A stretch of 64,000 nt of DNA from the IMG/VR virus record IMGVR_UViG_3300035698_002590. One strand, written 5' to 3'. This document shows, piece after piece, positions 48,879 through 56,152 of this stretch. This DNA comes from an uncultured virus (IMG/VR IMGVR_UViG_3300035698_002590). Taxonomy: Duplodnaviria; Heunggongvirae; Uroviricota; Caudoviricetes. The notes beneath the pieces were generated by a model. That model was given only the letters and a program-made list of their open reading frames with translations. It did not search any database and was not told where the DNA came from. Numbering within the stretch: the stretch's first letter is position 1; each line of letters begins with the position of its first letter. The position numbers and the translations under genes are program-made.

Positions 48879-49892
48879 ATGGGTTTGTTTAATAAAGCCT
48901 TGGTATTCACTGACATCCACTTTGGCATGAAAAGCAACAGCACTCTTCACAACCAAGATTGTGAGGAGTTTGTTGAATGGGCAGTGGAACAAGGCAGATT
49001 GCACGGATGTGAAACTTGTATTTTTATGGGAGACTGGCATCACCATAGAGCAAGTTTAAGTTTGCAAACAATGCATCACAGCTTACAAGCATTAGAAAAG
49101 TTAAGTGCAGGATTTGATGATACACATTTTATTACAGGCAATCACGACTTGTACTATCGCGATAAACGCGATATTTATAGCTACGAGTGGGCACAACATA
49201 TTCCAAATGTGCACATACACAACGAATGGTTTGAACAAGACGATGTTATACTTGTTCCGTGGCTAGTCGGTGATGATCATAAGCGTGTTAAAAATGCCAG
49301 TGCCAAATACATGTTTGGACATTTTGAACTTCCTCACTTTAAGATGAATGCAATGGTAGAAATGCCAGATCATGGTGATATCAACGCAGAACATTTTACT
49401 GGCTACGGCGAAGTGTTTAGTGGACACTTTCACTTGCGTCAGAAGAAGAACAACATCAATTATATTGGTAATGCATTTCCGCATAACTTCTCTGATGCCG
49501 GCGACGATCAACGTGGAGTTATGATACTAGACTGGGATGGTACCAAGGAATACATCTCTTGGCCCAATCAACCTCTTTACAGTGTTATGAATTTAAGTGA
49601 TGTAATTGACTTTGCAGACGATCGCCTCAAGCCAAGGATGCATGTTCGTGTTAATTTAGACATTGAAATCTCATACGAAGAAGCAAACTATATCAAAGAG
49701 CAATATATTACCAAGTACAACTTACGAGAGATGGCACTAATTCCAAACAAGCAAAGTGTACTAGAAGAAGAGATGAATCCTGGTGATATCAAATTTGAAA
49801 GCGTTGATCAGATTATCACTGAGCAGATTATTGCAATCGACAGTGAGTTTTACGACAACAAATTGTTGCTAGAAATATACAGGAGTCTTTAA
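48879..49892 (+). CDS. gp47: Recombination endonuclease subunit (Mre11/SbcD-like)
   Basis: DIHFG, GDWHH, GNHD, GHFE, SGHFH metallophosphoesterase motifs. Confidence 0.93.
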   Translation: MGLFNKALVFTDIHFGMKSNSTLHNQDCEEFVEWAVEQGRLHGCETCIFMGDWHHHRASLSLQTMHHSLQALEKLSAGFDDTHFITGNHDLYYRDKRDIYSYEWAQHIPNVHIHNEWFEQDDVILVPWLVGDDHKRVKNASAKYMFGHFELPHFKMNAMVEMPDHGDINAEHFTGYGEVFSGHFHLRQKKNNINYIGNAFPHNFSDAGDDQRGVMILDWDGTKEYISWPNQPLYSVMNLSDVIDFADDRLKPRMHVRVNLDIEISYEEANYIKEQYITKYNLREMALIPNKQSVLEEEMNPGDIKFESVDQIITEQIIAIDSEFYDNKLLLEIYRSL

Positions 49893-49953
49893 TATTTTAA
49901 CATCAGTATTTAAAGAATCAAAATTTAACATTGTTGAATCTTTTGTTGTAGGC

Positions 49954-50445
49954 ATGATTGACAATGATTTTAACCTTGTTAAACAACAACTGTTAACATC
50001 TAAGTTAGACTGTTATACACCAAATGATCGTTATATTATGTTTGACGACGATACACACTATTATGTAGACGGCTGTTCGTATAGTTTAACTTGGTATAAT
50101 ATTATAAAAACATTCTTAGACGTAGATATTCCCCTAAGTTCGATAATAGTTTTACACAACGGATATGGTTTATTACAAGAACTAGCAACATTAATACCAA
50201 AGCAGTTACAAGAACAAAACTGTATGCCTGTTGTGATTGATCGAAGATCCAGCTGCTGGTTGTCAGACACTGATTGTGAATTTATTAAAAACTTTAATAA
50301 GGAAAAACCTGTTGTTAACACTATTAACAGGCATGCTGTTACAATGATGGGCAGGCCTCGTGTACATCGACATATTATTCAAAATTATATTAAAGAAAAA
50401 CAACTGTTTAACAAAATAGCAATGGCATACAACAATGTTTCATAG
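49954..50445 (+). CDS. Hypothetical protein; resembles the N-terminal half of the GT-like family
   Basis: Ends in MMGRPRVHR, matching YNRKPREHR in 11555..12556. Confidence 0.6.
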   Translation: MIDNDFNLVKQQLLTSKLDCYTPNDRYIMFDDDTHYYVDGCSYSLTWYNIIKTFLDVDIPLSSIIVLHNGYGLLQELATLIPKQLQEQNCMPVVIDRRSSCWLSDTDCEFIKNFNKEKPVVNTINRHAVTMMGRPRVHRHIIQNYIKEKQLFNKIAMAYNNVS

Positions 50446-50974
50446 ATTATACCCGACCCCTTTTACAACAATTAACGAGGCCTGGGATCCATTAGGACAA
50501 TTTAACAGCACACCTGGAGAGCCGTATTGTGATCCAATGATTACTGGTAAATCAGCGCAGTTTATGGATGGTGAAACTTACTGCAACTTTTACGATAATA
50601 TTGCCATTGACATTGTCACCGAAACTGTGTACAATTATCCATCTCCGCAGATTACTGAAAAAACTCTGCGCCCTATACTACAAAAACGAATGTTTTTAAT
50701 AGTTGGAGCGCCAGGGTCAATGGAATTATTGCAATATCAAGGTTTTCAAACATTCCATCCTTGGATATGCGAAGATTATGACTGCATTAAAGATCCGTTT
50801 AGTCGCATGGATGCAGTACTAGCCGAACTTGATCGTCTGACTAATTTACCGCTTGACACGATACAAGAGTATATGTTAGAATGTAATGATATACTAGAAC
50901 ATAATCGTGCACACTTGATCAATGAGTACCATGAGATGCCAACTCGACTTGCTACAATGATAGAGGAAATGTAA
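50435..50974 (+). CDS. GT-like 'ET...TEK..RP' family protein, C-terminal half
   Basis: DIVTETVY, ITEKTLRPILQKRMFLIVG, GFQTF...EDYD, ILEHN. Confidence 0.65.
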   Translation: MFHRLYPTPFTTINEAWDPLGQFNSTPGEPYCDPMITGKSAQFMDGETYCNFYDNIAIDIVTETVYNYPSPQITEKTLRPILQKRMFLIVGAPGSMELLQYQGFQTFHPWICEDYDCIKDPFSRMDAVLAELDRLTNLPLDTIQEYMLECNDILEHNRAHLINEYHEMPTRLATMIEEM

Positions 50975-50975
50975 T

Positions 50976-52733
50976 TTGATTCAAATTAAAGATCTTACAG
51001 TTAAAAACTTTATGAGTGTAGGTAACTCTACACAAGCAATTAACTTTGATCGTCAAGATCTTACATTAGTACTAGGCGAGAACCTTGACCTTGGCGGCGA
51101 CGGTAGCAGAAATGGTACTGGTAAAACCACTATCATTAATGCACTTAGCTATGCACTGTACGGACAAGCACTTACTAATATCAAACGTAACAATCTAATC
51201 AACAAAACTAATAGCAAAGGTATGATGGTAAGTTTGGACTTTTGCATAGGTGAGCAATGCTACCGAATTGAACGTGGCCGTAGTCCTAATGTGCTGAAGT
51301 TTTATATTAACAATAGCGAACAAGAATCTGATGACAATGCACAGGGTGATAGTAGAGAAACACAAGGAGCTATTAACAAACTGTTAAACATGAGTCACAC
51401 CATGTTCAAGCACTTAGTAGCACTAAACACTTACACTGAACCGTTTTTGAGTCTTAAAACAAACGATCAACGTGAGATAATCGAGCAACTGCTGGGCATT
51501 ACACTGCTCAGTGAACGTGCTGAAAAGATTAAAGAACTAAACAAGCGTACCAAAGATTCAATCAAAGAAGAAGAAATGTCAATTCGGGCATTACAAACTG
51601 CCAATGAAAAAATTGGCGAGCAAGTTGAAGCACTCAAGCGTAGACAAACTCTTTGGTTAAACAAAAAAGCCGAAGATACTAGTAACATTGAACGTGCTAT
51701 TAGCGATTTAGGCCATGTAAATATTGAAGAAGAACTTGCAGCACACGAAAAGTTGGTTAACTGGACTGCAATTGACAACGAACAATCACAATTACAAAAA
51801 GACATTGCTGCATTACAGTCACAGGTCAGCCGAGCTGATAGAGATTTCAAAAGAACCAAGAAGTCAATTGACAGCATCGAGGACGGTACTTGTAGTGCAT
51901 GTGGGCAAAGTGTTGATCACTTGGAAACACACAAACAACAAATGATTGATGCAAAAAAAGAGCACCAAGATGCAGTCAACTTCCTAACAGAGCTAGAGCA
52001 AGGAATTGCTACACTGTTAACTGGGAAGAAAGATGTTCCTGCAAAACCTCAAACATTTTACGACAGCCTTGCAGATGCACACAATCACAAGTCAAGTTTG
52101 TCTGCACTTGAAACTCAACTAACAAACAAAAAAGATGAAAACGATCCGTATGTTGAGCAAATATCCGAAATGGAAACCGCAGCTCTGCAAGAGATTAGCT
52201 ATGACAATTTAAACGATCTAACACGGTTACAGGAACATCAAGACTTCTTGTTAAAACTATTAACAAATAAAGACAGCTTTGTTAGAAAACGCATCATTGA
52301 CCAAAACCTTTCTTATTTAAATTCTAGATTGACACATTATTTAGATCGGATAGGGTTGCCGCACACTGTTATCTTCCAAAACGATCTCACTGTAGAGATT
52401 CAAGAGCTGGGCAGAGACTTAGACTTTGACAACTTGAGTCGCGGTGAGCGCAACAGACTTATACTAAGCATGAGTTGGGCGTTTCGTGATGTGTGGGAGA
52501 GCTTGTATGGCTCAATCAACTTGTTGTTCATCGACGAGCTAGTAGATTCAGGAATGGACACATCAGGTGTTGAAGCAAGTTTAGCACTGCTTAAAAAGAT
52601 GGCTCGCGAACGTAACAAGAGTATCTGGCTTGTTTCCCACAAGGATGAACTTGCAGGTCGTGTAAATAACTTGCTTAAGGTTGTTAAGGAAAACGGCTTT
52701 ACTAGTTATAGTAACGATGTGGAAATAATCTGA
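50976..52733 (+). CDS. gp46: Recombination ATPase subunit (Rad50/SbcC-like)
   Basis: KNFMSVG, Walker A NGTGKTT, Zn hook CSAC, signature LSRGE, Walker B LFIDE, VSH; TTG start. Confidence 0.95.
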   Translation: MIQIKDLTVKNFMSVGNSTQAINFDRQDLTLVLGENLDLGGDGSRNGTGKTTIINALSYALYGQALTNIKRNNLINKTNSKGMMVSLDFCIGEQCYRIERGRSPNVLKFYINNSEQESDDNAQGDSRETQGAINKLLNMSHTMFKHLVALNTYTEPFLSLKTNDQREIIEQLLGITLLSERAEKIKELNKRTKDSIKEEEMSIRALQTANEKIGEQVEALKRRQTLWLNKKAEDTSNIERAISDLGHVNIEEELAAHEKLVNWTAIDNEQSQLQKDIAALQSQVSRADRDFKRTKKSIDSIEDGTCSACGQSVDHLETHKQQMIDAKKEHQDAVNFLTELEQGIATLLTGKKDVPAKPQTFYDSLADAHNHKSSLSALETQLTNKKDENDPYVEQISEMETAALQEISYDNLNDLTRLQEHQDFLLKLLTNKDSFVRKRIIDQNLSYLNSRLTHYLDRIGLPHTVIFQNDLTVEIQELGRDLDFDNLSRGERNRLILSMSWAFRDVWESLYGSINLLFIDELVDSGMDTSGVEASLALLKKMARERNKSIWLVSHKDELAGRVNNLLKVVKENGFTSYSNDVEII

Positions 52734-52744
52734 TAACTACTGAT

Positions 52745-53152
52745 ATGACATGGTATCACAACGACAATGAAGTACTAGACATCCCAGAAGGTGCAATTGG
52801 GTTTGTATATTTAATTACAAATACAACAAATAACCGAAAGTACATTGGTAAAAAACTTGCACAGTTTAAACGCAGCCGAAAGCCACTTAAAGGCAGAGTT
52901 AACAAACGTAGATACACTGTTGAAAGCGATTGGCAAGACTATTATGGAAGTAGCGATGCACTATCAGCTGACGTAGAACTACTAGGCAAAGACAAGTTTA
53001 AACGTGAAATAATGTTTTGGTGTAGTAGCAAGAGCGAACTTAGCTACATTGAAGCTAGAGAACAATTTTCGCACAAAGTGTTAGAAAGCAAAGACTGGTA
53101 CAACGGGCACATACAAGTCCGTGTACATCAAAAAGGCATACTAAAAGAATAA
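52745..53152 (+). CDS. Stand-alone GIY-YIG nuclease (135 aa)
   Basis: GFVYLITN..NNRKYIGKK, YYGSS, F.REI, conserved E in YIEAREQ, WYNGHI. Confidence 0.85.
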   Translation: MTWYHNDNEVLDIPEGAIGFVYLITNTTNNRKYIGKKLAQFKRSRKPLKGRVNKRRYTVESDWQDYYGSSDALSADVELLGKDKFKREIMFWCSSKSELSYIEAREQFSHKVLESKDWYNGHIQVRVHQKGILKE

Positions 53153-53254
53153 AATTACATACTAGATAACTATTTGCATAACTATCATGCACAGGCAACT
53201 ATACAGAGCAATGCTCAAATTTCCCTTTAAAATTTCCCAGCTATTATAGGAACA

Positions 53255-53612
53255 TTGTTTGGTCGAGGTACCTCGACTCGCTATGAGAGCATGCGACATC
53301 GTATGTTCAGATATTATAGTGCTGTTCCAAGGACAAGCTAACTTAAGGCTAAAATGATATAGGCTCTGTGAAACAGATACAACCTATACCCTCGATATAC
53401 TTGCTTGAATAGGTATATTATAGGGCTCCGTTGCGAGACAAGGCTAGAGTAGGGTGTAAAGCGTAACCGCATCCGTTGTAGTATAAACCGTGCATTAAAA
53501 ATTGTTAATGTAGTGTTTATTTTATGAATCTCTTTATTCAAGTGACTGTTACGACTCAGATGATGACGTTCAGTTGTACTTGCCCTGTGTAAGGGCAAGT
53601 ATGACCAAATAA
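53255..53612 (+). ncRNA. Putative large structured non-coding RNA (~360 nt), family unassigned
   Basis: Closing helix 53255-53264/53603-53612, at least 8 nested hairpins, G-U pairs favouring the plus strand, a GCGA tetraloop, and a potential pseudoknot 53402-53411/53535-53544; folded by eye only. Confidence 0.6.
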
Positions 53613-53710
53613 TCTAGATGATAACGAAACACTCGTTACACTCGTGCTTATATATTACTACTATAAAAATGTTATAATAAAAGTATTATTAAGAGCGTTA
53701 GCGAATTAAT

Positions 53711-53731
53711 AAGTCTTGCGAAGTAAGACTT
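53711..53731. other. Hairpin aagtcttgc-gaa-gtaagactt in an AT-rich tract between convergent units (terminator or origin element)
   Basis: 9-bp inverted repeat with one G-T pair. Confidence 0.45.
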
Positions 53732-53783
53732 CCATAGTGTAACACTAAGATACTTAAATAATTAGATATATGAATAGTTCTCT

Positions 53784-54107
53784 TTAATATTGATCTGGAA
53801 AATCTCTATAGAGAAAATGTTGGATAGTTTCCACGTCAACTAACTGATTAAACGCATGATGTTTAATTTCGATATCGTTGCTGTCAGTTACTACGTGCTT
53901 CATTGCGTCATCTAGATCTTGCATGTTTTTAAATTCCATGTCAATGCGGAACTCTGGTAAGTCCATGCTGCGGAACCCTAGTTTCATTCTAGTAATGCGA
54001 TAGCTGTGCAGTGTGGGTAATGCATCAAGAAATGCACTCATTTTTGTTACAAAGTCATGTGCGTTAACGCCTTCGTTTACGTCTGAGTAGATAGTATAAA
54101 TGTCCAT
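53784..54107 (-). CDS. Hypothetical protein (DUF6614-like, dimeric alpha-beta barrel-type)
   Basis: MDIY.I, YRITRMKLGFRS..LPEF.IDMEF, C-terminal LYRDFPD; family recalled from memory. Confidence 0.6.
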   Translation of the reverse strand: MDIYTIYSDVNEGVNAHDFVTKMSAFLDALPTLHSYRITRMKLGFRSMDLPEFRIDMEFKNMQDLDDAMKHVVTDSNDIEIKHHAFNQLVDVETIQHFLYRDFPDQY

Positions 54108-54109
54108 GT

Positions 54110-54538
54110 TTATGTCCTTGGTCCTAAAATTTCAAATCCATTGATTTGTTTCTTATATTCATTGGCTTCACCTAAGTAAAGATATTCAAATCCTAAACGT
54201 TTGTAGAGTGCGCACTCACTGCGTAAACTTGCAATTCCTAACTTTAATTTAGGATTTTTGTAATCCCAAGCAAATTGCACCGCCTCTACGTTTTTACTGT
54301 TGTATCGTCGCATCAATGAAAATGCAACCAACGTATCTTCGTTGTAGTATCCAATAACATCGTTGCGAAGTTCGTGATACTCCTCAGGAAATATTGGTTC
54401 AACACTACTAAATTTTTTGTACACACAGTACGAATTAAATAGTTCCTCGAGTTCATCTTGGTTGGGATCTGTTATAATTTTACAATTAGGTAATTCAGTG
54501 TAGTCTGTCTCGTATAGTTTAATTCTTGCGTATAACAC
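54110..54538 (-). CDS. Arginyl/leucyl-tRNA-protein transferase (ATE1/Bpt) C-terminal GNAT-like domain protein
   Basis: YY....LVAFS, AVQFAWDY..P.LKLG..SL..E...YK.LGFEYLYLG...YK. Confidence 0.65.
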   Translation of the reverse strand: MLYARIKLYETDYTELPNCKIITDPNQDELEELFNSYCVYKKFSSVEPIFPEEYHELRNDVIGYYNEDTLVAFSLMRRYNSKNVEAVQFAWDYKNPKLKLGIASLRSECALYKRLGFEYLYLGEANEYKKQINGFEILGPRT

Positions 54539-55034
54539 GTGGATCCTCTCTATTTGTGAATAACCCTTGCAGGTATTCCTCGTCCCAGCCTGTGTAAAAG
54601 CCTCTTTTACCTAGTATTTTTGCATGACTGTGTAATTTACTAAGACTTTGTACTAAAGCTAGTGCATACTTGCCTTGGTTAAAATGCACACCATTGACTA
54701 CTTCGGAAATCCCTGGATGGTCAGACAGTGCTAACATATCAATGGGTACCAGTGTTTCTTCGTTAGCAATGTCAATTGTATTTTCAAATTCTTCAGGATC
54801 GTAATCGCCGGGATTGTAAACATAGATGTAAACATCTTGGTCTCTCATTCCTTCGCTGGCTGCATTTATTAAGTCTGCACTAAGTGATGTACCAATGCGC
54901 ACACTATATTTGTTATCAAGTCTGGCTTTCCTTGCATACGGACAAGGTGCCCAGTTGCCAAGCGCAGGGTGAGGAATTTCAACAAAGTTAATCAACCATG
55001 CTTCGATATCAGCTTTTACTTCATCAATTACCAA
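54519..55034 (-). CDS. Hypothetical protein (DUF1415-like)
   Basis: WL..FV...CPYA, DHP, L..RGFY..W. Confidence 0.6.
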   Translation of the reverse strand: MVIDEVKADIEAWLINFVEIPHPALGNWAPCPYARKARLDNKYSVRIGTSLSADLINAASEGMRDQDVYIYVYNPGDYDPEEFENTIDIANEETLVPIDMLALSDHPGISEVVNGVHFNQGKYALALVQSLSKLHSHAKILGKRGFYTGWDEEYLQGLFTNREDPRVIRKN

Positions 55035-55204
55035 AAGTCTCTTCCTGTTTTCTTTGCAGTCTCTAAATTACCTTTAATAATGCTGCCTAGAATTTCGCGT
55101 TCAGGGCCGCTCATTTGTGTGATTTCAGAATAACTAACTCCGCCGCGCATAAACCAGCAAATCTTCATCATATCCTCTTTTAGGCCCTTAACTTCTTTTT
55201 CCAT
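55028..55204 (-). CDS. Small gp51-like/tail chaperone C-terminal ORF (58 aa), probably also reached by -1 frameshift from the upstream gene
   Basis: Hand translation MEKEVKGLKEDMMKICWFMRGGVSYSEITQMSGPEREILGSIIKGNLETAKKTGRDFW; frame stays open back to the slippery site at 55258-55267. Confidence 0.75.
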   Translation of the reverse strand: MEKEVKGLKEDMMKICWFMRGGVSYSEITQMSGPEREILGSIIKGNLETAKKTGRDFW

Positions 55205-55242
55205 TTTCTCGATGATTATTTCTATCTCACCGGGTGAGGATG

Positions 55243-56088
55243 TTAAGAGCCTGATTCGAAAAAATTTGCGACATTCATAGTAAACGGAGTCTCGTACTCG
55301 TGCTTACAATCATTGCAAGTAATCTTCAAAGGATCAATTGCACCTATCTTCTTGATATCCTCAATCTTCTTGCGTACTTTTGAAAAAACTTTAGCTTCGC
55401 AGTTTTTAATGTACTCTGTGATGTGCACTTTGTCTACCACAATATCATCACCTGCTTTAATCATACTAATACTGTCGCTGATTGCATTTACTGTAAGCTC
55501 ACTAAGACTTTGGAATGCTTCAGTGAGCAATCTAAGTTTTTCAGCTTCGTCGATATCAGCATCAGGTAATGCTTCCAGCATTTTTTGATCTTGGAACTGT
55601 AACATGTTGTTACTGTTTTGCTCTTTGTAATTTAACGGTTTAAAGTGTATTTCAATATCGCCTGCTGAAACTGGTGTTGAAAAATCTGGAGTTTTGATAC
55701 GGTCCATGATATTTCTCAAGTCAATCCCAAACTCATTGGTCTCGCTGCATTTTGGGCATTTACTAGTAAATTCCATTTCGTGGCCGTAACTAGCAATACG
55801 TATAGCAATTAACAAAGTGTCAAGATCCAGTGTGCTAACTTTCCATGCATCCTTAAATGCAGGAATGCAACTTTTAACCACACTAGCAATAGCAGCGCCA
55901 TTAAACAATGCGTCAGCAGTTCTGTATGAAATTTCATCAAGTGCCGTCATTGGGTAAATTGGAATCTCCCCATTTTCAGGCATTTCCACAATGTCTTCAT
56001 CGTAAAACGCTCCGTCGCTTGGCAATTTAATATAAATTGCGGGCTGTCTGAAGTGTTTTGCAAGCGGATTTGGGTTGTTGTTTAACAT
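55243..56088 (-). CDS. gp26: Baseplate hub/tail assembly chaperone, T4 gp26-like (probable start MLNNN at 56088)
   Basis: IKLPS.G, PMTA.DE, D.D.LLIAIRIASYG, CPKC and CNDC Zn motifs, C-terminal NFF; AGGA RBS. Confidence 0.8.
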   Translation of the reverse strand: MLNNNPNPLAKHFRQPAIYIKLPSDGAFYDEDIVEMPENGEIPIYPMTALDEISYRTADALFNGAAIASVVKSCIPAFKDAWKVSTLDLDTLLIAIRIASYGHEMEFTSKCPKCSETNEFGIDLRNIMDRIKTPDFSTPVSAGDIEIHFKPLNYKEQNSNNMLQFQDQKMLEALPDADIDEAEKLRLLTEAFQSLSELTVNAISDSISMIKAGDDIVVDKVHITEYIKNCEAKVFSKVRKKIEDIKKIGAIDPLKITCNDCKHEYETPFTMNVANFFESGS

Positions 56089-56152
56089 GTTTTTTCCTGC
56101 CATAAATATATGATAACTGTACTTATACAGCGGAAAAGCGGGCAAAAATTTA

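Noticed and set aside
52745..53152. Classical intron-encoded or Seg-type homing endonuclease
   Set aside because: Not inside an intron and no C-terminal DNA-binding repeats seen; kept only as a generic GIY-YIG nuclease
53338..53598. 86-aa minus-strand ORF in the track
   Set aside because: No recognisable motifs or RBS; lies antisense within the highly paired region, which is better explained as RNA structure
53153..53783. Group I/II intron, tRNA, tmRNA or RNase P identity for the structured region
   Set aside because: No P/Q/R/S or domain V consensus, no T-loop/CCA end, no RNase P core motifs seen, and the flanking genes are not interrupted
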